Program-made: the position numbers and the translations under genes
Part shown: in pieces, positions 23,016-33,847 of the stretch
How the letters are laid out: each line of letters starts with the position of its first letter
How positions within the stretch are numbered: position 1 is the first letter of the stretch
DNA from: Caecitellus pseudoparvulus
Taxonomy: Eukaryota > Protista > Bigyra: Bicosoecida
Assembly (NCBI GenBank): GCA_965644315.1
Contig: CBFFRQ010000080.1
Location: forward strand, 186,001-250,000
DNA length: 64,000 nucleotides
Direction: 5' to 3'
The notes under the pieces: model-generated
The model's database searches: none
What the model was told of the DNA's origin: nothing
The model's input: the letters and a program-made list of their open reading frames with translations, nothing else

Positions 23016-23915
23016 AAATGCAGGCACGCAATCGGCAGTCCCCGCCGGAGAGGGAGTGAGAAGGGAAGCGGAGTTCGCTCAGCGTTCACAAACTGCGAGG
23101 GCCTTCACAACGACACGGGCCACAAAATGATGGGCACGGCAGGCCTCTGAAGAGAGCTCTCCGAGGCTTTGCGCCCTCCAGTTCCCTGGCTGAATTCTGT
23201 GAGTGCTTCCGTCGGCGTGTTTTGCTGGCAAGGAGCCCTCAGTCGCAGGCTTCAGCGCGCTGAGCGGCTCGTGAGGCACCGCATGCCCTGCGCGCCTGCC
23301 TCACGCACCAAACGGGCTGTACGAACTTGCACGTCCCGTGGGGATCACTGACCGTGTGGGTAACGCTCACTGACGCGCGCTGCCGTGCTTGTCGCAGGCG
23401 GGGCTTCGAGCGTGGGCTGCTCTCTTCGCTCGGACACACGCTCGGCTAAGCATTGCTACTGGCGCAGGAGAGCGTCGAAAACCAGAGGCCTTGCCGATCA
23501 AGTTGCTCGGCAACGAGGTGCTCCCACTTCCCTTGCGCTGTAAGTCCCCCAAGCTCTGCGTTGGCACCTCGCAGTGCAACATGTGGCCCGAGGCACGGCC
23601 CACTGTCTGGGCCGGCTGTGTGGCAAGCTGTGCTCAGCCACGGCTCCTCGTTGACATGACTGTGCCCCAGGCTACGTGCACTGAAATACCTCTTCCTTGG
23701 AGTCTCCTGCACTGGCGCTCTTCCGCTCATGTGTGTTCCTGGGCGCATGGCGAGTCCACTGTGCGGATTTTGCCTCGGCTGGCATGCCCGGACAGGAAGT
23801 GTTTTGCGTGTGCCTGATAACCAAGCATGGATGAAGCTATAACCTGAACCCGCAGTAATTGCGGTCACCTCATCCTTGTGCATTGCCTGTCTCTTTTCTC
23901 GCTGTGCAGGGCCTC

Positions 23916-24710
23916 ATGAGTCATGTTGAAGCGCAGGCTGTGGCTCCGTCCCGGCCGCTTGTGACGCCCATCACATGCTCTCCAGCTGGGGGTCTGGGCA
24001 GCCAACCACAGACCATGTACGCTTCACCACCAGTACAACTGCAAGGTTCTGTGTGGCTGCCATCGCCTACCAGGGCGTCGAGGCCAGAGTTGTCGCCCAG
24101 CAGAGCTGGCGCGGCGCCGCCTAGAAGCCGCGGCTCTTCGGAGGGCGACGTCCTCCCACCTCCCGGCCCACGCGCCACTCTCAGTGAAAGCCTGCTCCAG
24201 ACGCCTCGCATGAGTGCTGGAAACTTCACAAAGGTGCTGCCGGTTCGCCAAGGCACCTCACGCCGACGGCGATCCAGCAAGGGTCGCCGGGCATCCTCAG
24301 CTCGCACAAGGCGAGAGCGGGCAGCAGCGGCTGTCGCCTTCAAGGCTGCCTCCACAAGGGCTGAACCGGGAGACCCCCCTTCGCGCGTCTTCCTGTCTCC
24401 TGGCATGGAAAGCTCGTCTCGACCGTCCCCCGGTGGCTCTTCCACGCCGTACACACCGGCCAGTTCGCCTTCACGGCCAGTGTCTGCAGATTCGCTGCCA
24501 GCACTGCAACTGGACCCTGAGCGAGCCGTCGCTCTGCAGTTGCGTGCTGGCGAACTCACATTGGAGTACTACGACGCCAAGGGCCCAGGGGTGGCGGCAG
24601 CGGAGCTCGTGCCTGCAGGTACGGCTGGTGCCAGTGGCGCAGCTGCTCCTGTGGTGTCTCGCCGTGGCAGCGGCAGCAAGCGAAAAGGGAGTAGGAAGTC
24701 ACGGAAGTGA
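23916..24710 (+). CDS. Hypothetical Ser/Pro/Arg-rich disordered protein (probable last exon; upstream exons in 23020-23910 unresolved)
   Basis: 283-aa ORF preceded by a polypyrimidine..TGCAG acceptor at about 23890-23909. Basic C-terminus KRKGSRKSRK. No recognisable domain. Confidence 0.4.
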   Translation: MSHVEAQAVAPSRPLVTPITCSPAGGLGSQPQTMYASPPVQLQGSVWLPSPTRASRPELSPSRAGAAPPRSRGSSEGDVLPPPGPRATLSESLLQTPRMSAGNFTKVLPVRQGTSRRRRSSKGRRASSARTRRERAAAAVAFKAASTRAEPGDPPSRVFLSPGMESSSRPSPGGSSTPYTPASSPSRPVSADSLPALQLDPERAVALQLRAGELTLEYYDAKGPGVAAAELVPAGTAGASGAAAPVVSRRGSGSKRKGSRKSRK

Positions 24711-24839
24711 AGCCTGTGTCTTCGATAGTGTCTCAATGCAAGCTAGGGTTGTACGTGGTGCCACCATGAGAAGACGTACATTGCCCGGTGAGGCGGAGTC
24801 CACGGTATGGACAGTGCGGTGGAAGAGACAGCGGCCAAA

Positions 24840-27800
24840 CTAGCCATGCACAACAGAATGCACTGCGTGCATGAGCTGTGTGCGGGTTTCAGACAGAGAC
24901 TCCTCAATCAGCTCCTTGAAGCGGTCGGCAGCCTCAGTGTCAGTCTTGCCGAGCAACAACGTCATCTTCAGCCAGTCCAAGTCCTCCTCCGCCTGCAGCT
25001 CCGGGATGCCGCACGAGATCATGAGGAAGAAGAGAGTGATGAGCAGATTGCTCTTCTTGCGCAGGATGTTGTACGCGCGCGTGCAGTAGGCGAGGAAACG
25101 CCCATACGCGTCCGACTCCTTGCCACCCATTGCCGCAACCATACTGGGCGTCAGGACGAAGGGAGCCTTCTCACGCTTGAAGCCCATCTTGGACTTGAAG
25201 TTGCCCAGGAAGTGCCCGAAGTCGATGTGGAAGAATTTGCCGTCGCGGGTGCACATCAAGTTGTCATTGTGTCGGTCGCCCAGACCCAGGATGTACGTGG
25301 CTACACAGTACCCAGCTGCAGAGCGCGCAAACATCTCCTCCACGTCCTCCATCTTGCCGACGTTGCAGTCTTGTGACTCCAGCCACAGCCGGATGTCCTT
25401 GTCGTTGTACATGGCGTTGTACCCCGTCTTGAGCTTGGCCCACAGCTTGGAGCTGCCGTCCGTGGATGTGCCATCTTTGGTGATGCCCGCCAGCGTGTTG
25501 GAGTTGGTGACTACTTCCACCATGCCCACTTCATCGCCAGTGGAGATGACACGGTAAGGGGACATGTTCAAGTCCAAGCCCTCTGCCTTCCACAGCTTGT
25601 CCATGATGCCGAGAATCTGCAGGGTGAGCTGGTCCTGCCGCAGGTCATCCCCAGCCTTGAACAGCACCTTGTGCGTCTCTCCATCGCCAAAGTCCATGTA
25701 ATCGGGGGGCGGCGTTTCTCCCACTCCGCGAGTGAAGGTCAGCCACAGCGGCAGCTTCTTGGAGGTCATCACGCGGCACTTGTCCACGACGATCTTGTCT
25801 GCAACCATGTACGGGGAGATGGGCAGCTGGAAGTTCTCAGGGAACACGATGCGGGGAAGCTCCTCCCGCAGTGTGCGCATCATGGCCTTCTTGTCGTCAG
25901 CAGCCTTGACGTGCTCGGCGGTCTCTTCGAGCTTCGCCATGACGAACATCTGGTGCCCCAGCACGGTTCGGTGTGCACCAGCATTGCGCAGGTAGTTCTC
26001 GATCAGCACACCGTACCGCGATGCCACCTCGGGAATGTGCATCTCTGCCTTCAAGTACCAGAACAGAACGTGCCCGATCAGTCGCGGGTTGCGCAGAGCA
26101 CGGCGTAGCAGGAAGCGGGCCAGCGCAGAGTCCAGGAACGACTCGAACTTGAGCACTTGTGTCAGCTGCAGCATGTACTGCCGAAGCTCCTCATCATCCA
26201 TGCGCTCCAGGCACTGGACAGCGTACGCGCGCACCTTCGGGTCTGGGAAGTTCACGTCCAGCAGCTGGAGGGCGTCCAGCGGCTCAGGCGCCCGCCACTT
26301 GTCCATGAGCAGGTACGCCTCTTCCACACCCATGCAGTCGTCCCAACGCACACTCTGCAGGAACTTCGGCAAGGCCTCGGGGTACCCCAGCAGGTGGTGC
26401 CGGCACTTCCAAACCAGCAGCTTCTCCTCGGGAGTCATGCGGTACAGGGGCTCCGATGCGAACAGTGTCTGCAGCTTGGGCTTGTTGTGCCGGAACTCAG
26501 CATCAGTGGCACGCATGGAGACATACGTGTCCGTGCGTCCTTTGACACTGGCCCAGTCTGCCCCGACGCCTGCCCCCGCCTTGGGCTTGGCTTGTGCCGA
26601 CGTGTGGTCCGGGCCGGCAGCCAGCGCGCCTGGCACCTTCACGACGTTGTTCTCGAAGCGGTGGAATTCCACCTTAAGCTCACCAGTGAAGTGGGGGTCC
26701 CCGTACTTGTTGCTCAGGGACGTCGTCATGCCAGCCTTCTCCGGGGTGGTGTCGCCGCTCCACATGCGCAAGTCCAACTTGCCTGTGCGCAGGGCATTAT
26801 CGTACTTGAAGGCGCTGCATCCTGCCCAGCCTGCGGTTGTGCCATCCTTGTACGTAACCTTGAAGACGACGCGGGTTGCAGTGGGCAGGTTGCAGAAGCG
26901 GATGCAGGCAGGGAGCCACTGCCCCCACATGGCTGACACCACTGGCCGCGCAACGCCATCTTCAGACGGTGCGTCAGCCTCTGGCACCTTGCACACCAGA
27001 GGTGCAGGCTCAGAGGTCACTTCCGGCGCGAGCAACGTCCCTCCATGCACCAGCATCAGGTGCACGGTGGCTGTCGTGTCGATGGGCTTGGGCCACTTGG
27101 ACTTCTTGCCACGCTTCTTCACCCACGAATCAGGCGGATCCAGGTTGCCACCTCCCATGACGCGGATGCGGAAGAAATTGTTCTCCGTGTGCAGCGGCGT
27201 CATCTCGGCAGTGCCGAAGATGACGTTCAGCTCACCCTTCACATGGGTCAAGCCCAAGGCGAAGGTATCCGCCACCCCAGCCACCACCTGCACATCTCGC
27301 TCCGAGAAGGGGATGGCAGGGCCGCCTGCCGCAGCGGTAACCGGCTCATCTTCATCGCCCTCCTCGTCGCCTTCAGCCATGGTGCCCAGTGCAGGGGCCT
27401 TGGCAGCGGAAGCGGCACCCTTGCTGGTCCAGGTGCCCATCATGGACAGGCGTTTCTTCTTCTTGCTCGTCCCAGGTGCGATGCCGGCGGCAGTTGCTGG
27501 GGCAGCGGGCGTGGTGGCAATGGGTGCAGCCTCCTCCGTGCGGTGCAAGATCTGCAGCACCGCCTGCACCTGTCCCGTGGGCGAGATGACCGGCGCCACG
27601 ATCATGCTGGAGCCGTTCGTAGTGGAGGTGCTGAAGGACATGACGTCGGAGTCGAGGCCAGCACCCTTCCGGCGCCGCACGCCTGCCAGCTGGTCGGCGG
27701 CCTTGGCGTGCATGTCAGCCGCGAGCTCATTGAACATGCGGTCAATCTCCACCTGCCGCATGCCCCAGCCCATGCTCACTTGGGCATCCACATCGGAGGG

Positions 27801-29726
27801 GTCTGTCTCGGGATCACCAGCCTGGGGGTTCCGGAAACGCACGTCAGTTGCCGTGTCATCCACCACGATGACCTTCTTGGTGCGCAGGCAGGCAGCCAGG
27901 ATGCCCCCTTCCCGCAGTGGCAGGGAGTCCACATCCTCCACGCCCGACCCCACCGCCAGCAGTTCCTGCGCCTCAGCGTCGTGGATGGCCACACGCACGC
28001 ACGCGGCAGAGACGAGGGTGGCTAGGGACTTCGTGACGCGATCTATGACATCCTCCAGGGACAGCTCGGGAGCGTACATGGACATGGCATCCACCAGCGC
28101 TCGCTCAGTGGGCATGCGCGCGTCGGACTCCACTGGGTCGTTGACGTCCACTCCGGACGACCGCGCACTGTCCACGAGCAGGCCAAAGAGCTGGCAGTGG
28201 GAGGCCAGGGCGAGGTACTCCGCAGAGGAGTTGGCGAAGTGTTGTGTCGCGTAAGACATGAGGGCAGGGCCACAGCTGTCCTGCAGCATGGAGAAGGAGG
28301 ATTTGGACAGCTTCAGACACACGACGTTGTCCACTGCCACGACGGAGGCCAGTTGCGGCTCCCCCGTGAGCAGTGCCCGCTCGCCAAAGAAGAAGCCCCT
28401 GCTCAGCTCAGCGACGACCGGGCCGAGGTCGCGCCCGCCTGGCGCCTCTGACACGCGCAAGTCAATGCCTGGCCGGTCCAGGGCCAGAGAGAACGGCGAG
28501 CCTGACAGCATGCCTGGCGGGGCCTTCACGGCAGCCTCGCCGTCGCCGGCCGGCTTGGGCATGGCCTTGTGCACGGCCACCTTGCCGGTGATGATGATGT
28601 AGAAGGCGTCTGGCGTGCCGCCCTGCTCCATGATGATGCTGCCGCTGGAGAAGTCCTCCTTCACGATGGACGTCGCCAGGCGAGTGAAGTCCGACTCGGA
28701 GAAGTGCATGAACATGGGGATGGACTTGAGCAGGGACAGCTGCCCTGCCATGCTGGTGTCTGTGCTGCTGTCCAGGCGCCCCAGGCGCATGCTGCGGCCC
28801 ATGGACACGCTGGCGAAGCGTGAGCGGGGCGATGCAGGCAGGGAGTCGTCGTCATCCCCCGCGCCCGCTGCGGCGGTTGCCTCCTCTGGCGCTGCGAAGG
28901 ACACCGCCGGCGGGCGAGAGTCAGGGCCGGACGCAGCAGAGGCAGCAGCTGCCCTGGCGGCTTCCAACTGAGTCGTCAGCTCCTTGATGCGGGTCTTCAG
29001 TTCACTGCGCAACAAGCAGACGGGAAGGGCGGTGGTGCGGTTTGAGTCCAGGTGCGGAAAATGCAGGGGTGTGCGTTTGCACTTCAAGGCTATGCACGCA
29101 CGCGTTCTCCCGCTCCACAGCCTTCAAGCGCTCCTTCGTAGATGCAAGCTGCGAGTTCGTGGACTGTACCTGGTCCCTCAGCTCCCACAGAGCTCGACTG
29201 TCGTCATGCGAAGTGGAGGCAACCTGGGATACGCCGGTGGCGTACCCCTCCTCCGCCGTCGCAGCGGCGTACTTGGCAGCCAACTCATGAGGGTTGGACC
29301 ACGTGGAGATGTCCAGCCTGGCATTGTACCAGTATGAGTCCCCTTCCTCGTCTGGGACCTCCTCCCAATCAGCCAGCTCTTCAGGCTTGACCACTAGCTC
29401 AGGTTCACCGTCGGCCAGCACCTCCTCGGCAACCTCCTCTCCGTCATGCTCGATTTCGATTTCATCTTCACGCAGCTGTGAAGTACCAGGCCAAGAGTCA
29501 CGTGAGCAGCTGCAGGCGCCGGGCGCGGCATGCCCGCAGCAAAGCCTGGGGGTGCTCGTGGCGGGCTGCCAGCGGCACTGCAGCAAGCCTCGTGTGCACA
29601 GCAACTTACAATGACGCCTTCCTCAGGGCGCTCCCACGAAGTCTCTAACGTCAGGTTGTGGTAGTAGTACACCTCCCCTGTCTCAGTGGTGGTCTCAATC
29701 CACACGCCTTCGTCTGTGGCGGCCAT
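24840..29726 (-). CDS. Class-I-like phosphoinositide 3-kinase with N-terminal WW-WW, coiled coil, cNMP-binding and GAF domains; 2 introns
   Basis: Exon 1 MAATDEGVWIETTTETGEVYYYHNLTLETSWERP (WW). Exon 2 DWEEVPDEEGDSYWYNARLDISTWSNP (WW) plus coiled coil. Exon 3: cNMP (LLKSIPMF..IIMEQGGTPDAFYIIITG..FFGERALLTGEPQLASV), GAF, PI3K-C2 (IRFCNLPTATRV), PIK (YMLQLTQVLKFE) and kinase (VMTSKKLPLWL, FKAGDDLRQD, YCVATYILGLGDRHNDN, HIDFGHFLGNFK). Confidence 0.92.
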
Positions 29727-30275
29727 GTTGAGCCTGGCGGGGTGTGTCTGCAGCTCCCTCCTGAGAACGTGCTGCGCGGCGCCCGCAAGCTCTCAATCGT
29801 AACCAGCCTCCCCACGTCAGGCAAGCAAGCAGCGCGGCCTTTCACCCCAACGGCCACTCTCCCAGGACCTGCCACAGCACAGGGGCTTGGGCTGGCCTGG
29901 GTCGCTGCGGCCGGCGGAGGTAACGCAAGTTTCGCGGTGAGAGCCAGCCCACTGCAAGCGGACGTGTGCAGCGCGTCCAGCCAGAGGGGGACCGTGGGGG
30001 TGGGAAGGGTTTGCGTTCCTTGAATTGAAGGGGAGAGGTTTGGTGTTGCTCGGCTTGGCCCCGTCTGCGAAGCTGCTTGAAGGGGCCGTCCACCCGCGCC
30101 CGCCAGTGGCGTGGCGGCGATCTGGCACATTCCATTCCCACGTCACAGCAGCAGGCGAGTGCTGTGCACCAGGCACAGTCCCCCCTCAGGCCCCATTCAG
30201 CCCGTCTGACTGCCGTGGCCGCACCCACCTGCACGCTGCCTTACTGCCATCCCTGCCTTCCCGCACACTGCCACC

Positions 30276-32464
30276 ATGGCCCTCGCCAAGGCAACCGAGT
30301 TCTTCAAGAATGTCAAGGACACCATCCAGAACAAGACTGAGACGGAGAAGATGCTGGATGAGGCACTGAGCAAGTCCAGCGACTTCCCCAGCTCCACGCT
30401 GCGGCAGAACATTGCCAAGCTCACCTTCGACTAGTGCGTCGCCACCTGGCCTGGTACACCACCGCCCCCTGCTCTCACGTCCGTTGGCCCACACTCGCCT
30501 GTCCTGCTGTGCCCATGCAGCATGGAGTATCCCATTATCATGAAGGCTGTGTGGGATGGGCTGAACCATGCCGGCAAGAACTACCGCCAAATCCTCAAGG
30601 TGCGTGGGCGTGGTGCGGGCGTTTCGCCGCACTGCCCTGGGCACCCCGCCAAGCACATCTGTCTTGGGAGGGCCCTGTACCCCCCCTGAGCCTGGTCGAA
30701 GCACCGTGACGGAATCAAGTGATGCAGGGGGTCACTCTGACTGGAAGCTTCAAGCTGTCACTCCGCTGTTGCCTGCTGCGCAGGCACTGCAACTGCTGGA
30801 GACCATGGTCAAGCACGGTGCCGAGAGGGTGGTGGACGACGCCCGGGACCACCTCTTCCGCATTCGACTGCTCACGGATTTCCAGTTCCACAACGAACAG
30901 GGCCAAGATATGGGGGTCGTGGGTACGTACCAGCTGCACTGGCGCCGGCACAGGCCCTGCTCCCAGGACGGCTCTGAACCGAAGCACCTCCCTGCCTGCC
31001 ACAGTGCGCGAGAAAGCCAAGGACCTGGTCAGTTTGCTGAACGACACCGAACGCATTCGTGATGAGCGGGAGAAGGCTCGCAAGCTGGCGTCTAAGATGG
31101 TGGGCGTTGGCTCAGACACGGTTCGCACCGGAGGAGGCCGCCGTGAGTTCCCCCGCACCTCCTACAATGCTTGAGCTTAATGCTGGAACACCTCGTCGCT
31201 TCTCTGCCATCCAGGCGGCCCATCCTCTTCATACGACGGCTTCCGGGACACTTCTCGAGGCTCCACCAGCCACGGCGGCGTGGGGTCGACTGGCCGGTAC
31301 GGACTTGGCGGTGGTGGCTACAGTGATGGCTCCCCACTGCCCGCTGCTCCCGCCCCTGCCAGTGGCCGGTCCACGGGCCGAGCTGCCCGCGCCACAGACA
31401 CTGCCCATGCAGCTGGCAGTGGTGGTGGCGGCATGCGCATTCGCATGAAGGGCAGTGCCAAGCCGAAGCGGTCCACCCCTGCGCCCCCGTCTGACGATGA
31501 AGGGGAAGGGGATGATGGCTTTGACCCCTTCGCGACACCCGCCCCAGCCCCAGCTCCAGCAGCAGCCCCAGCTGCCAGCGAGGAGCCGTATGACCCCTTT
31601 GCGCCGGCACCAGCACCTGCAGCGCCTGCACCAGCCCCTGCACCCCAGCCAGCGACAAACCCTGAGGATGACTTGGGGGACTTGTTCTCTGGAGCGCCTG
31701 CCCCTGCCCCCTCGCGTGCAGCAAACACTGATCCGTTTGGAGCACCTGCACCGGCTCCAGCGTACGTGGACCCTTTTGCTGCGGCGCCAGCGCCAGCGCC
31801 AGCGCCGCAAGATGATGGGTTGGGTGGCCTGGACATGTTCGCTGCTGCGCCAGCCCCCTCACAGGGCACCCAGCAAGGTGCCTCGGGGGGGATGGATTTT
31901 GGTGACTTCTCAGCACCTGCTCCGGCGCCTGCGGAGCCAGCGGGCGATGTGGATCGCTTGGTTGCCCTGGACGGCTTCTCCCTGACTGGTCGCGGGAGCA
32001 CGCCTGCAGGCACCAAGCAGCCAGCAACGAAGGCCCGCCAAGGCATGAGCATGCAGCAAATGGCTGGCACTGCGCAAGCTGGCGGACGCAGCACTGGGCT
32101 TTCGGGAGGGGGGCCGACCATGCCCATGCAGCAGACTGGCGGGTTTCCGGCTGCTCAAGGCAGGGGCCACCCAGGCATGATGCAGGGGGGGTATCCGACC
32201 CAGCCAGGCATGATGCAGGGGGGGTATCCGACCCAGCCAGGAATGATGCAGGGCGGATACCCAACCCAGCCAGGAATGATGCAGGGCGGATACCCAACCC
32301 AGCCAGGAATGATGCAGGGTGGATACCCAACCCAGCCAGGAATGATGCAGGGCGGGTACCCTCCTCGAGGCCAGCCGGGTATGATGCAGGGCGGGTACCA
32401 CCAAGGGCACCCGGGCATGATGCAGGGCGGTTACTCTCAAGGTCAGCAGCCCAGGTATCAGTGA
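30276..32464 (+). CDS. ENTH-domain epsin / epsinR-like clathrin adaptor, 4 introns
   Basis: Spliced ENTH: [96 protein letters not shown]. The tail has four DPF motifs, one DFGDF motif and Met/Gln/Gly repeats. Confidence 0.9.
32171..32436 (+). repeat. Coding tandem repeat, 33-bp unit, 8 copies of PGMMQGGY in the epsin C-terminus
   Basis: Unit CAGCCAGG(C/A)ATGATGCAGGGNGGNTA(T/C)CCNACC is directly visible and encodes [11 protein letters not shown]. Confidence 0.95.
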
Positions 32465-32520
32465 GCTGACAGTTACAAATGCATTGACGCAAGAGGCGAC
32501 TCATCGTTGCAGCCCCTTCT

Positions 32521-33760
32521 TCAGCTGCTGGTTGATGAAGGCGGAGACAAGGAGGCCGCTCGCGCGGGAACCATGGTAAACATGATGTCAGATCGCATGG
32601 AGTACTTCACCTGCACTGGTGGGGTGGCTTCTGAGAGCCTGTCAGCTGCTGCTGCTAGGTCTCCTGGGCACAGCCCCAGAGCCTTCTCAGAAGCCACGAC
32701 TGCCGCTTGGTCCACTTCGCCGCCTCCCAGCAGCCCAGACAGTCGAGCAGCCTCCCACACCTCCTCTGCCTCTTTTTGAGGTGCAAGCGGGGCGCCTTGG
32801 TGCATGATGTCGTGCGAGAAGACGAGCACGGAGCCTTGTCTGGCTGGCACATCGCAGCTGGAGAGCTTGGCACGCTTCCAGGCATCATCAGGCTCCCCGA
32901 AGCCCCCTTCGATAAGACGGGTGGCCCCGCCTACATAGCTTTCGTTCAAGTAGACATGGAGAGTGAGCAAGGACAAATCGTGAGCCTTGGTTGGGTGGGC
33001 GCCACGGCGCACATACGTGCCATCCCTGTGGGGCTTGAAGTACTCCTCAGAGCCGGAGTACCGCAGAATGCGCATGCGCTCATTGATTCCCTCAAGGTAC
33101 AGTGTGCCCTTTTCTGCGCGCGCAAAGTCAATGACAGCAGGGTCAGTTCCAGCCTTTGCAGCAGCTTGTGGATCGTACCGGGCCTGACTTGGCACCGGCA
33201 CACGGTCTGTGAGCACCTCACAGGACGCCGGGAGAAAGGGGCGGACGCGCTTAAAGATTTCACCTGCAAAAGCTTCATCATCAATCATGCAGCGGCTGTT
33301 GTTCCGCAGGCCTGCATCCTTTACCTGCCGCAGACAGCGCGTGGAGCAGAGGTCAACGCAGGCTTGCCCACCACGCCAAAGAGTTTGCCTCACCATGCCA
33401 GCGCTGCCGAGGTTCACCAGTGCAGCCTCAAAGCGACCTGCTCCAAAAAATGAAGGCTATCGAATCCCCTTGCAGCATTGTGACGCATTCAATGCGCCCG
33501 CACCTGATTGCTCGGCGGCCGCGATGATGGCTTCACACTCTGGCTTTGACAGGACATTGTGCAGGACAAAAGCCTGGACGTCGCGGGAGAGCTGCAGTGG
33601 CACAGGGAGCTCGTGGTGAGTGATGGCTGCTGGGGCAGCCTCTGTCAGTGCCGAGTGCAGGAGGTCCGAGAGTGGGGCTTGCTGCGCAGCGGCACCACGT
33701 GAACTTTCTTCAGCACTCCCCGACTCGGGGGCGGCGGCGGAGGATTGTTCGCTTCCCATG
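32521..33760 (-). CDS. 2-oxoglutarate/Fe(II)-dependent dioxygenase (prolyl-4-hydroxylase-like family), 2 introns
   Basis: AFVLHNVLSKPECEAIIAAAE, RNNSRCMIDD, GINERMRILRY, FKPHRDG (HxD), LHVYLNESYVGGAT, FSHDIMHQG (distal His), KYSMRSDIMF (2OG-binding Arg). The start MGSEQSS is a possible myristoylation site. Confidence 0.85.
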
Positions 33761-33847
33761 GTGGCGGACGACACACTCAGGCCGCAAGGGCTTTCGATCC
33801 CCGAGCTCGTCGCTTTTGGGATTGCCATGAAAGTGCTCGGAGGCATG

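Noticed and set aside
23127-23351. ATG-initiated frame with an in-frame TGA as a possible selenoprotein or readthrough
   Set aside because: There is no redox motif, recognisable homology or identifiable SECIS element. Other genes here use TGA as a normal stop.
26035-28254. 739-aa plus-strand ORF, and similar long antisense ORFs at 43011-44903, 60275-61903, 36711-37883, 40073-41494 and 53005-54880
   Set aside because: These are shadow frames of well-supported opposite-strand genes. High GC and codon bias suppress stops, and the translations show no domains.
30600-30783. Longer epsin intron as a possible C/D snoRNA host (GTGATG...CTGA)
   Set aside because: Box C is imperfect, the spacing is too short and there is no terminal stem. 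It cannot be supported without an Rfam search.
32171-32436. 33-bp repeat array as a possible CRISPR array
   Set aside because: It has no unique spacers, varies mainly at synonymous positions, lies in-frame in a eukaryotic CDS and has no cas genes nearby.
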